Source: a virus. From it: a DNA stretch of 64,000 bases. Positions within the stretch are counted from its first letter, which is position 1. Each line of letters starts with the position of its first letter. Positions 47,589 to 56,638 of the stretch are shown piece after piece. Location: IMG/VR virus record IMGVR_UViG_3300030085_002231, positions 1 to 64,000 of that record; one strand, given 5' to 3'. Below the pieces are notes generated by a model, which saw only the letters and a list, made by a program, of their open reading frames with translations, was not told the DNA's origin and ran no database searches. A program made the translations under genes and the position numbers.

Positions 47589-47812
47589 TGAGACGTACAA
47601 TAAAAGATAGGCTTAAAGACTTAGAAGAGAATCGTAGAAAAAATTATATAAAAGTTCGTATCAGCCAGCTTATGGATGATATGAATAAAGCACATGATCA
47701 GCATGATAAAAACTGGTACAATCGTCTAATTCAAGAACTTAACTGGGTTCAACAGGCAGATAGTAAGCCGGATCGTAACTGTTACATGGAAGTAAAAGGA
47801 GCTACATGGTAA
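47588..47812 (+). CDS. hypothetical protein
   Basis: 74 aa, coupled to its neighbours. Confidence 0.6.
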   Translation: MRRTIKDRLKDLEENRRKNYIKVRISQLMDDMNKAHDQHDKNWYNRLIQELNWVQQADSKPDRNCYMEVKGATW

Positions 47813-48273
47813 TGAATATTGATCAATTAAGAGAAGAATTAAAAGTTGATGAGGGAGTAAAGTATGAAATTTATTTGGATCACCTCGGGCTTCCTACTTT
47901 TGGTATCGGTCATTTGGTTCTCGATACTGACCCAGAACATGGTGAACCGGTTGGAACTTCTGTCTCAGAAGATAGAGTTAACGAGTGCTTCGATCATGAC
48001 GTTGAAATCGTCCTTGGAGATTGTAGAAAACTGTATGAAGACTTCGACGAACTGCCGGAAGAAGTACAACTAATCATTGCAAACATGATGTTCAACATGG
48101 GTCGACCACGCCTATCTAAATTCAAAGGTATGAAACGTGGTGTAGACGCCCGTGATTGGGATGCAGCTGCAGATGAGATGGTTGACTCAAGGTGGTATAG
48201 ACAAGTAACTAATCGCGCTGATCGCTTAGTTGAAAGAATGAGAGCGGTTACAATATCTGAAATTCCTGTCTAA
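47806..48273 (+). CDS. phage lysozyme (GH24, T4 e-like)
   Basis: DEG...IYLDHLGLPTFGIGH, NMMFNMG, AADEMVDSRWYRQ..NRA. Confidence 0.9.
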   Translation: MVMNIDQLREELKVDEGVKYEIYLDHLGLPTFGIGHLVLDTDPEHGEPVGTSVSEDRVNECFDHDVEIVLGDCRKLYEDFDELPEEVQLIIANMMFNMGRPRLSKFKGMKRGVDARDWDAAADEMVDSRWYRQVTNRADRLVERMRAVTISEIPV

Positions 48274-48578
48274 TGATTGAAGTTACAGAAGCCGCAGTCG
48301 ACTATCTTAATAAAGTCAGGGGTGATGACTTTGTAACTCTTGGCGTAAAAGGTGGTGGCTGCTCTGGTTTTCAGTATGTATGGGACTTCAAAGATAAGTG
48401 GCCCGACGTACAATGGAGCGAACCATATAAAGAATGTTTAGTCTTAGATCCTATGGCAGAAATGTATATAGCCGGATGTACTATAGATTATGTAGAAGAA
48501 CTTGGTGGTTCTTATCTTAAGATTATAAATCCAAACGCTACAGCGTCCTGTGGTTGTGGTGAATCTTTCGCAATTTAG
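48273..48578 (+). CDS. iscA: A-type Fe-S cluster carrier (IscA/HesB family)
   Basis: GVKGGGCSGFQY, IDY, NPNATASCGCGESF. Confidence 0.9.
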   Translation: MIEVTEAAVDYLNKVRGDDFVTLGVKGGGCSGFQYVWDFKDKWPDVQWSEPYKECLVLDPMAEMYIAGCTIDYVEELGGSYLKIINPNATASCGCGESFAI

Positions 48579-48581
48579 TTG

Positions 48582-48610
48582 TTTACAAACTCGTAAAAAT
48601 TTGGTATAAT
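48582..48610 (+). promoter_or_regulatory. early promoter GTTTACA-N17-TATAAT (leaderless geometry for gp43)
   Basis: 6 nt (agtact) between the -10 and the gp43 ATG. Confidence 0.8.
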
Positions 48611-48616
48611 AGTACT

Positions 48617-51109
48617 ATGTTTTATACTTCAGTAGTACGTTACGGTAATTCATTTCTGTATCGCGGCTATGACGCTGCCGGCAAACGCGTCTATAAAAAA
48701 GATTCCTTCTCACCAAGATTGTTCGTACCTTCCAAAGCCGAAACATCTTGGCGTGGTCTCGATGGCGCACCCATCGGGCCAGTAGATTTCAAAACAATGC
48801 GTGAATGTCGGCAATGGCTTGACCAATATCGTGAAGTTGGTGGCTTCGATATTTACGGCAATCCTAATATGATCCAACAGTATATCGCTCATAAGTTTCC
48901 AAGAGATATTGAGTTTGATCGTGACATAATCAACGTCACCACAATCGATATTGAAACAGCGTATGAGGATGGATTCCCAGAACCAGAGAAAGCCAACCAA
49001 GAAGTTTTGGCTATCACCATCAAAAATAATATCGATGGCATATATCGTGTATGGGGCATGAAAGATTATGACGTTGGTTCTGCGCTTATACAACCAGTGC
49101 GTTATTATAAATGTAAAGACGAGGTTGACTTACTTCTAAAGTTTCTTGACTTTTGGCATGACCATCGCAACACGCCTGACGTTGTGACAGGTTGGAATGT
49201 AAAGTTTTTTGATATACCTTATCTCGTTAATCGTGTAAACAACGTGCTTGGTGTAGACCAATGTAAAAAGTTCTCGCCTTGGGGTATGGTTGACTATTCA
49301 AAGATTGTCAAACGTGGTCGCGAACAAATCACATACAAACTGCAGGGCATACAAACTTTGGATTACCTTGATCTTTTCCAAAAGTTTGGATATACCTATG
49401 GCACACAAGAATCTTATAAACTGAACCATATTGCGTACGTAGTTCTTGGCGAAAAGAAACTGTCCTTTGCCGAAGAAGGTTCTCTACGTAACCTATACAA
49501 AGAAGACTTCCAAAAGTATATCGACTATAATATGAAAGATGTACAGTTAGTTGATAAGCTCGAAGAAAAGATGGGGCTTATCACTCTGGCTATGACTGTG
49601 GCGTATAAAGGTGGTGTCAATTACCAAGATACATTTGGTGTGGTTGCAATATGGGAATCAATCATATATCGTAAACTCAACTCACAAAAAGTTATGCCAA
49701 AGATCGAGCCTGATGAAATGGGCATACGTGATTTTGAAGGTGGCTACGTTAAAGAACCACAGGTTGGTATGCATGACTGGGTAGTTTCTTTTGATTTGAA
49801 TTCTCTGTATCCTAATATTATTGTGCAGTGGAACATGTCACCAGAAACTTTGAACAAAGATCCACAACTTAACATGCCAAGCGGTGTACAAAACTACTTA
49901 CACAAAGAAGAAAAACAAAACAGTAGTTATACTGTAGCAGCCAATGGTTCTACTTATCGTAAAGACTTTGATGGTGTGGTACCAAATATCATTGTAGATT
50001 ATTACGATGAACGGAAGTCAGTTAAGAACATGATGATCGCTGCAGAAAAAGAATATCAAAAATCTAAAACACCAGAACTTGAAAGAGAAATCAATCGACT
50101 CACAAACCAGCAGATGGCGATTAAAATTCTTATGAACTCTTTGTATGGTGCGATCGGTAACAAACACTTTCGATATTATGATCTACGTATCGCCGAAGGT
50201 ATTACACTTACCGGTCAGCTCGCAATCAAGTGGGCAGAAAATGCTGTTAATGACGAGTTAAATAAAATACTTAAAACAGACGAAGACTATGTTATCGCAA
50301 TGGATACAGATTCACTCTATATCAACTTTGGTCCTATGATTGAAAAGCTACAGCCAAAAGATCCAGTAAAGTTTCTTGATAAGATATGTGTAGAACACTT
50401 TGAACCTGTGCTTGCCAAAGCTTATAATAAACTATTTAATGTAATGAACTGCTACAAGCCACGTATGGAAATGGGCAGGGAAGTTATTGCGGATCGTGGT
50501 ATATGGACAGCAAAGAAAAGATATATCCTCAATGTACATAACTCAGAAGGTGTACAGTACGCACAGCCTAAACTTAAGATCATGGGTATTGAAGCTATCA
50601 AGTCTTCAACACCGGAAGTATGCCGTGATAAATTCAAGCAAATATTCAATGTGATTATTACTGGCTGTGAAAAAGACACGCAGAAGTTTATACAAGATTT
50701 TAAGAATGAGTTTAGGTCACTACCACCTGAACAGGTCGCCTTCCCGCGTTCTGTAACAAACATTACAGATTACAAAGATCGCAAGACGATATATAAGAAA
50801 GGTTCGCCTATTCACGTACGTGGTTCTTTAGTATATAACAAAGCACTCAAAGAATCTGGTATGATGCATAAGTATGAAGCAATCACAAACGGTAGCCGTA
50901 TTAAGTTTGTCTATATGAAAAAGCCTAACCTGGTACGTGAAAACGTAATTGCTTTTCCGGAAGTATTACCCGAAGAGTTCGGTGTAACACGTAACATAGA
51001 CTATGACAAGCAATTCGAAAAAACTTTCTTGGAACCACTCGAGCTTATACTCAACGCGGTTGGTTGGGATGCCGAAGAGAAAGTTACACTGGAAGATTTC
51101 TTTGCATAA
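48617..51109 (+). CDS. gp43: family B DNA polymerase gp43
   Basis: DIET, GWNVKFFD, FDLNSLYP, KILMNSLYG, DTDS, KKRY, C-terminal clamp-binding TLEDFF. Confidence 0.97.
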   Translation: MFYTSVVRYGNSFLYRGYDAAGKRVYKKDSFSPRLFVPSKAETSWRGLDGAPIGPVDFKTMRECRQWLDQYREVGGFDIYGNPNMIQQYIAHKFPRDIEFDRDIINVTTIDIETAYEDGFPEPEKANQEVLAITIKNNIDGIYRVWGMKDYDVGSALIQPVRYYKCKDEVDLLLKFLDFWHDHRNTPDVVTGWNVKFFDIPYLVNRVNNVLGVDQCKKFSPWGMVDYSKIVKRGREQITYKLQGIQTLDYLDLFQKFGYTYGTQESYKLNHIAYVVLGEKKLSFAEEGSLRNLYKEDFQKYIDYNMKDVQLVDKLEEKMGLITLAMTVAYKGGVNYQDTFGVVAIWESIIYRKLNSQKVMPKIEPDEMGIRDFEGGYVKEPQVGMHDWVVSFDLNSLYPNIIVQWNMSPETLNKDPQLNMPSGVQNYLHKEEKQNSSYTVAANGSTYRKDFDGVVPNIIVDYYDERKSVKNMMIAAEKEYQKSKTPELEREINRLTNQQMAIKILMNSLYGAIGNKHFRYYDLRIAEGITLTGQLAIKWAENAVNDELNKILKTDEDYVIAMDTDSLYINFGPMIEKLQPKDPVKFLDKICVEHFEPVLAKAYNKLFNVMNCYKPRMEMGREVIADRGIWTAKKRYILNVHNSEGVQYAQPKLKIMGIEAIKSSTPEVCRDKFKQIFNVIITGCEKDTQKFIQDFKNEFRSLPPEQVAFPRSVTNITDYKDRKTIYKKGSPIHVRGSLVYNKALKESGMMHKYEAITNGSRIKFVYMKKPNLVRENVIAFPEVLPEEFGVTRNIDYDKQFEKTFLEPLELILNAVGWDAEEKVTLEDFFA

Positions 51110-51114
51110 AGTGG

Positions 51115-51143
51115 TTTACTTTTACGATAAAATGGAGTATAAT
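51115..51143 (+). promoter_or_regulatory. early promoter GTTTACT-N17-TATAAT
   Basis: 7 nt to the ATG at 51151. Confidence 0.75.
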
Positions 51144-51150
51144 AGATATT

Positions 51151-51573
51151 ATGAGTAAAGATTGGGTACAAGATATTAGTGACATGCATACCAAGTTTGG
51201 TGTGCGTAAGTGGGTCAATGAACAAATCCAGTTTGGTGAAAAAGAAAAACTCGAAAAGTTTCTCGAGTTTCGTCTTAAATTCTTAGAAGAAGAACTCAAC
51301 GAAACACGAGCTGCAGCAATTGTGGATAAAAATCCAGAAGAAATTGTTGACGGTTTGATTGATCTGTGTGTTGTTGCCATTGGTACACTGGATGCGTTTG
51401 GAGTTGACGCTCACAAAGCATGGGATAAAGTACACAACGCAAACATGGCCAAAGAACCGGGTGTAAAAGAATCGCGCCCTAATCCACTTGGCCTGCCCGA
51501 TCTGATTAAACCAGAAGATTGGAAGGGACCCGATCATCGTGACAACCATGGATATTTCATTCACAGTCTTTAA
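51151..51573 (+). CDS. MazG/PRA-PH-like nucleotide pyrophosphohydrolase (candidate dCTPase/dUTPase)
   Basis: FLEEELNE...EEIVDGLIDLCVVAIG, VHNANMAK, KPEDW; start reassigned to MSKDW. Confidence 0.75.
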   Translation: MSKDWVQDISDMHTKFGVRKWVNEQIQFGEKEKLEKFLEFRLKFLEEELNETRAAAIVDKNPEEIVDGLIDLCVVAIGTLDAFGVDAHKAWDKVHNANMAKEPGVKESRPNPLGLPDLIKPEDWKGPDHRDNHGYFIHSL

Positions 51574-52477
51574 TTCGATATTCGATAACAAGACTGACAA
51601 GCGCATGGACTTTCATGACTTTGATGATTTTGAAAAGTTCTTATATAAACTTTCAAATCAAGAAAAGTCTTCTAAGAAAGATGCAGTACTAATATCTCCT
51701 GCGACATATCAACCCGACACTACACGTGCTAATGCTAATGTTGTAGAATGGTCGGGTTGGTGTGCTGTCGATGTGGACGATTACCAACCAGATGGAGATT
51801 TAAAAGATGACCTATGTTCTCGCTTTTCTAATTTTAGGTTCATTTGTTACAGCACTGCTAGCAGTACGATGGATCAGCCTAAGTTCAGATTGGTGTTCCC
51901 TTTGCGAAGACGAGTTGGAAGTGACAGAATCAGACATTTCTGGTATTCTCTTAACAAAGAGCTCGGAGAACTCAGTGACGCTCAAACTAAAGACTTATCA
52001 CGCATGTACTATATCCCTGCGAAATACGCTGGTGCTAACAACTTTATTTTCAGTCATGATGGCGACACACTTGATCCTCAATCTTTAATGGACAAACATC
52101 CCTATGCAGAAAAAGCAAACCTCAATAACTTCTTCGACAGACTCCCAGATGAGATCCAACGACAAATCATTGAACACAGAAAAGGACAAATGGACAACAC
52201 TAATGTGGTGTGGACGTCCTATCGCGATTGTCCCTTCTTTCCACGCAACCTCGAAGCAGAATACAGAACGATAAGTAATACCGGTTGGTATCACAAGATG
52301 TATCAGATCATGGTTGCTATCGCAGGTAACGCAGTCAAAAAGCATTATCCAATCACAGCACCAGAAATATCAAAGATGTGTAGAGAACTAGATATTGAAA
52401 CTGGCAACTGGTACAAGAATCGTCCATTGGATAAAGAAGCAGATCGTGCTCTCGAATATGTTTATAAAAATATGTAA
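51548..52477 (+). CDS. archaeo-eukaryotic primase (PrimPol-like) protein
   Basis: SPA.Y....RANANV, DVDD, YSTAS....PKFRLVFPL, KDLSRMYYIP. Confidence 0.7.
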   Translation: MDISFTVFNSIFDNKTDKRMDFHDFDDFEKFLYKLSNQEKSSKKDAVLISPATYQPDTTRANANVVEWSGWCAVDVDDYQPDGDLKDDLCSRFSNFRFICYSTASSTMDQPKFRLVFPLRRRVGSDRIRHFWYSLNKELGELSDAQTKDLSRMYYIPAKYAGANNFIFSHDGDTLDPQSLMDKHPYAEKANLNNFFDRLPDEIQRQIIEHRKGQMDNTNVVWTSYRDCPFFPRNLEAEYRTISNTGWYHKMYQIMVAIAGNAVKKHYPITAPEISKMCRELDIETGNWYKNRPLDKEADRALEYVYKNM

Positions 52478-52485
52478 AAAAACTA

Positions 52486-52514
52486 TTTACTTTCAATGAA
52501 AAATGGTGTATAAT
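52486..52514 (+). promoter_or_regulatory. early promoter TTTACT-N17-TATAAT
   Basis: Upstream of the HNH gene and modification locus. Confidence 0.75.
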
Positions 52515-52542
52515 AGATCTATAATTAAAGAGGAGTTTGATT

Positions 52543-52977
52543 ATGAAAATTGATTCTATAAATGGATGTGCAGTTGTTCCTTTAAAGTTTAGAGATAAAG
52601 TATACGTTGACATGTATACAACAGGTGGTCATCATTATTTCTTAGACGAAAATGGAAATCTTTTTAAATTACAAGAAATGTCTGTTGGTGAAAAACGCCC
52701 GTCTGCAAGTATTGATGGTGTGAATGTAACAATTGCTCAAGCTATGTTAGAATCTTGGTACCACTCACGAGATGAGTGGATTCTTACTGACGATGCTAGA
52801 CCAGATAATGTTTCAATTGATGATTGGAGAAATACTCCAGATTCAGTAAAAAAAGCATTAGCTAAAAACGGAGTAGATGTAGACCACAAAAATGGTGATT
52901 CTAGTGATAATAGATTATCTAACCTACAATATTTGTATAGACACGCTAATGTCATGAAAGGTGGCAAAAAGAAATGA
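52543..52977 (+). CDS. free-standing HNH endonuclease
   Basis: DVDHKNGDSSDNRLSNLQYL...N; GAGGAG RBS. Confidence 0.75.
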   Translation: MKIDSINGCAVVPLKFRDKVYVDMYTTGGHHYFLDENGNLFKLQEMSVGEKRPSASIDGVNVTIAQAMLESWYHSRDEWILTDDARPDNVSIDDWRNTPDSVKKALAKNGVDVDHKNGDSSDNRLSNLQYLYRHANVMKGGKKK

Positions 52978-53327
52978 AAGAATCAATAAAAGTATTACAA
53001 GAATGTGCTGAACTACAAGCCAAGAAGTCTGAAGATTATCAGAACGAAGGTTCAAACGTACTGCAAGCCATGCACTATCGTCGTGGCGTAGACAGCTTAC
53101 ACGATATCATTCAAGGTAAGTGTTATCGTGCACAGTCACTACTTGAATCTGGTAGTGATCCAAACCATGAATCACTAGAAGATACGTATAAAGATATTAT
53201 TAACTACTGTTCTTTTGTAGTATCTTACATGCGTGGTAAGATGGAAGGTCAACGACCTGATCGTGATATGTTTAATAAGCCAAAGGTGAAAAAGAATGAA
53301 AGTGGGACTGACGGCGTCGACGTTTGA
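52974..53327 (+). CDS. nucleotide-modification-associated (NMAD1/DUF1599-like) protein
   Basis: ECAELQAKKSEDY, K..RA.SL, ESLEDTYKDIINY. Confidence 0.65.
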   Translation: MKESIKVLQECAELQAKKSEDYQNEGSNVLQAMHYRRGVDSLHDIIQGKCYRAQSLLESGSDPNHESLEDTYKDIINYCSFVVSYMRGKMEGQRPDRDMFNKPKVKKNESGTDGVDV

Positions 53328-53718
53328 TTTACTACACGCCGGTCATATCGTTATGTTGCGTGAAGCAAAATCACAATGTGACTATTTAATATGTGCTTTG
53401 CAAGTTGATCCTACACTTGACCGTGCGACTAAGAACGCACCGGTCCAAAGTATCGTTGAAAGACAAGCACAACTCGCAGCAGTAAGTTACGTTGATGAAG
53501 TAATTATTTATTGTACAGAAGCTGATTTAGTTGATATAATAAACATGTATCCAATTGATGTAAGAATACTCGGTGAAGAATATAGGCAGAAAGATTTTAC
53601 TGGTAAAGATGAATGTCGTAATCGTGGCATACAGTTGTACTTTAACAAACGTGACCACAGATTTTCATCAACAGATTTGAGAAAGAGAGTAGCAGATGCG
53701 AATGACAACCGTAAGTGA
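53296..53718 (+). CDS. TagD-like cytidylyltransferase
   Basis: STFDLLHAGH (HxGH), ER, VDEVI, GEEY, FSST. Confidence 0.85.
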   Translation: MKVGLTASTFDLLHAGHIVMLREAKSQCDYLICALQVDPTLDRATKNAPVQSIVERQAQLAAVSYVDEVIIYCTEADLVDIINMYPIDVRILGEEYRQKDFTGKDECRNRGIQLYFNKRDHRFSSTDLRKRVADANDNRK

Positions 53719-54373
53719 TATTAGAAAACATTTTATTGGAGAACTAAAAGATGAAGCCTTCACCACAGACAAAACTGGACAAAACACAATTGAGTTGCTT
53801 GGCGCTTCATTTCTTGCAGACGAGCCAGCAATCTTTGGAGATCCAAACGATGCGTACATCCGAAGCGAAATTGATTGGTACCTTAGTGGTAGTACTAATA
53901 TCAATGACATTTATCGCTGGCCTGATCACCCTAGTGATAAACAACCCCCAGCTGCTTGGCAGCTTGCTGCAAATGAACATGGCGAAATAAACTCTAACTA
54001 TGGTCGATTGATTTTTAGTGATATATATTATAGACAGTACGATAACGTACTTACAGAGTTGACAAATTGGCCTGACTCTCGTAGAGCGTCAATGATTTAT
54101 CAAAGACCGTCTATATGGATAGAGTATACAGAAAATGGTAAAGGTGATTTCATATGTACTAATGCTGTCACTTATTATATACGCAATGATGAACTACAGT
54201 CAGTGGTCCAAATGCGCTCAAACGATGTCGTGTTCGGATACAAAAATGACTATGCTTGGCAGCAGTATGTTCTAGAACAACTTGCAAACGATCTTAATAT
54301 CAAACCAGGTTTTATAACTTGGCAAGTTCAAAATCTTCACGTTTACGAAAGACACTTCAACCTTGTTAAATAA
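53696..54373 (+). CDS. gp42: dCMP hydroxymethyltransferase (T4 gp42 homologue)
   Basis: DKTG..TIE..GASF.ADEP.IFG, GEINSNYG, PDSRR, DFICTN, MRSNDVVFG..NDYAWQ, LHVY.RHF. Confidence 0.9.
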   Translation: MRMTTVSDIRKHFIGELKDEAFTTDKTGQNTIELLGASFLADEPAIFGDPNDAYIRSEIDWYLSGSTNINDIYRWPDHPSDKQPPAAWQLAANEHGEINSNYGRLIFSDIYYRQYDNVLTELTNWPDSRRASMIYQRPSIWIEYTENGKGDFICTNAVTYYIRNDELQSVVQMRSNDVVFGYKNDYAWQQYVLEQLANDLNIKPGFITWQVQNLHVYERHFNLVK

Positions 54374-54836
54374 ATGGGACATGCGATACCTTGCACTCGC
54401 AGAAGAAGTAGCACAGTGGTCGAAAGATCCATCCACTAAGATTGGTGCTATTGCTGTAGGTAAGAAAGGTCAAGTCTTATCACAGGGTTACAATGGGTTT
54501 CCACGTGGTATCGAAGACAAAGTAGAATACTATCAAGATCGTGAAACAAAATATAAGTACGTAGTACACGCAGAAATGAATGTCATATATAATGCTACAT
54601 ATCATGGTGTTTGTTTAGAAGGCACAACACTATACGTTACAGGTTTACCCGTTTGTTCTGATTGTGCAAAGGGTATCATACAAGTCGGCATTACAAGAGT
54701 AGTAATGAAAGAAAGACTAACACCACAAAAGTGGGTAGACTCATGGAAGACTACATCTAAAATGTTTGACGAAGCAAATGTTAAATGGGAGTTTATCAAT
54801 GTCAGCAACACAGGAATGGTTGAAACAAAAGTTTAG
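54363..54836 (+). CDS. cd: dCMP deaminase
   Basis: SKDPSTKIGA, GYNG, HAEMN, PVCSDC. Confidence 0.92.
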   Translation: MLNKWDMRYLALAEEVAQWSKDPSTKIGAIAVGKKGQVLSQGYNGFPRGIEDKVEYYQDRETKYKYVVHAEMNVIYNATYHGVCLEGTTLYVTGLPVCSDCAKGIIQVGITRVVMKERLTPQKWVDSWKTTSKMFDEANVKWEFINVSNTGMVETKV

Positions 54837-55008
54837 AGAAGACGCTGGTCTAGTAGCTTACAGCAATACTCGATTAACTGAAGAAATAGAAGATCTAAAA
54901 GAAAGATTAAAAAAGGTAGAAACTGACATGGCATATACACAGAAGATTAGATTTGCTCAAAGTCCTGAAGAGCAAAGGATAAATGATATAAGGAACGTAG
55001 TAGATTGA
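54799..55008 (+). CDS. small coiled-coil hypothetical protein
   Basis: ATG at 54799 after GGAG. Confidence 0.5.
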   Translation: MSATQEWLKQKFREDAGLVAYSNTRLTEEIEDLKERLKKVETDMAYTQKIRFAQSPEEQRINDIRNVVD

Positions 55009-55373
55009 TTTTAGTTGTTGGTCATAGTCCTTCTTCTAAAGAGTATTGTCCGAAGAAAGGCAATCCTTCTATCAACCGTCTTAACAGGTGGCTCGATGCA
55101 TGTGGTGTGGATATATACAGCTTTACTAACCTGTGTGCACACCACAGTGAGTCTATCAAAGCAGCAGATATTGATGAAACATTAATAAAAGAATGTGTAA
55201 AACCTTATAATAAAGTAATAGCTTTAGGTAATGAAGTAGCACATTATTTCAAGAAAAAAGGTATCGATTGCTTTCATGCACCTCACCCATCTCCACGTAA
55301 CAGGAAGTTTAACGACAAAAGTTACGAATCAACTGTAATTAATGGTTTACAAAAGTACATACATATGATATAA
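55005..55373 (+). CDS. minimal uracil-DNA glycosylase superfamily protein
   Basis: LVVGHSP, FTNL, VIALG, HPSPRN. Confidence 0.7.
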   Translation: MILVVGHSPSSKEYCPKKGNPSINRLNRWLDACGVDIYSFTNLCAHHSESIKAADIDETLIKECVKPYNKVIALGNEVAHYFKKKGIDCFHAPHPSPRNRKFNDKSYESTVINGLQKYIHMI

Positions 55374-55374
55374 T
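55346..55374 (+). promoter_or_regulatory. early promoter GTTTACA-N17-TATAAT for the agt-epimerase-ugd-MTase unit
   Basis: Same motif and spacing as the other early promoters. Confidence 0.7.
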
Positions 55375-55405
55375 ATACAATATAATAAAGACATAAGGTG
55401 AGACT

Positions 55406-56629
55406 ATGAAAATTGTACATATACTTGGCCGCGGCATTGAAGGTTGCGGCGTAACTCGATTTACACTTGAGTTAAAAGACTGGGCACTAAGCCAAGGTTG
55501 GAATTATACAGTATACGCACCAACCGATAAGAAATGGACACGTGCTTCATCACACTATCTAGATGAAAATATTAAACAATGGAAGTGGGGAAACAAGCCC
55601 GCCCGCGGAGACACACGTTGTGGCACTGAATCGATTATAGAAGATTGTAATAAGTCAGATTTAGTTCTTATTGGTTCACTGCCATCTAAAGGCCACCCAG
55701 ATGATTGTATAGAAAATTTTGGTAAGTTAATTGAAGGAATCAAAACTAAAAAAGTTATGATTCAACACGACCACAAGATGATGTCAATCAGACGCAATGC
55801 ATTGCTAGACGATGTGATTCAATCAGCCGACGTTATCTTTTCGTATTCTACTAAAAGTCCTTTTATGGATTACTGTAAAAAGATTGGTGCCAAAGGAAAC
55901 ATGTTTAACTTCTGCAATGGAGTTAACGTACAAAGAATACGTGATGAATACTGGAAACCTATCGAAGAACAAGACCCTGATCATTTAAAATGGATTGGAC
56001 GGTCTGCATATTGGAAAGGTTTCGATGTACTATTTGATTTACATAAAAGTACTAAAGGTACTAACTTACTATACACACTTGAAGGAATGGAAAAGTCAAT
56101 ACAGTTCGTAGATATACGTAAAGCTTTTGACTTCCACGAAATGGCTGAAGAGTTTGATGTAGAAACAAAGCACGGCGAAAAACCTTATGTCTTTGGTGCG
56201 TTCAAACATAGTGAAATGTTAGAACGTATGTCACGCTGTGGCTTTGGTTTTCAGCTGACAACTCTTCAGCCAGAATATATACAGAACTTTATTGAGTTCA
56301 CACACCTAGAAATCGTAGCGTGTGGTGTAATACCAATTTTTAGAAAAGCTTTTGGTGATCACTGTACACACCTGCAAACTGGCAATAAACTAACTGCCGA
56401 TAAAAACACCGGTACTATATGGGCAGGTGAAGTAGGTACAGATTGGAGTGAAACTATTGAACTCATAAATAAACTTAGATCAGATAATGTAATGCGTAAC
56501 GAATGGCGTGAAATGGCTTATGAATATTATGCATCACACAACGGGCCGGATGTATCGTTTCCTGATATATTCAATAAGATTGATAAACCGGCTGAAGGTC
56601 CATCCGACTTGTCTGAATTCTTTGGTTAG
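55406..56629 (+). CDS. agt: DNA alpha-glycosyltransferase (T4 alpha-glucosyltransferase homologue)
   Basis: RGIEGCGVTRF.LE..DW...DK.WTR.SSH matches the T4 Agt N-terminus; QHDH, WIGR...WKG, EFTHLE..ACG.IPIF; C-terminal LSEFF. Confidence 0.85.
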   Translation: MKIVHILGRGIEGCGVTRFTLELKDWALSQGWNYTVYAPTDKKWTRASSHYLDENIKQWKWGNKPARGDTRCGTESIIEDCNKSDLVLIGSLPSKGHPDDCIENFGKLIEGIKTKKVMIQHDHKMMSIRRNALLDDVIQSADVIFSYSTKSPFMDYCKKIGAKGNMFNFCNGVNVQRIRDEYWKPIEEQDPDHLKWIGRSAYWKGFDVLFDLHKSTKGTNLLYTLEGMEKSIQFVDIRKAFDFHEMAEEFDVETKHGEKPYVFGAFKHSEMLERMSRCGFGFQLTTLQPEYIQNFIEFTHLEIVACGVIPIFRKAFGDHCTHLQTGNKLTADKNTGTIWAGEVGTDWSETIELINKLRSDNVMRNEWREMAYEYYASHNGPDVSFPDIFNKIDKPAEGPSDLSEFFG

Positions 56630-56638
56630 GAGTATAAA

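Noticed and set aside
53696-54373. Call as ordinary thymidylate synthase ThyA
   Set aside because: Motifs match T4 gp42 including the Asp in NDYAWQ, and ThyX is encoded separately.
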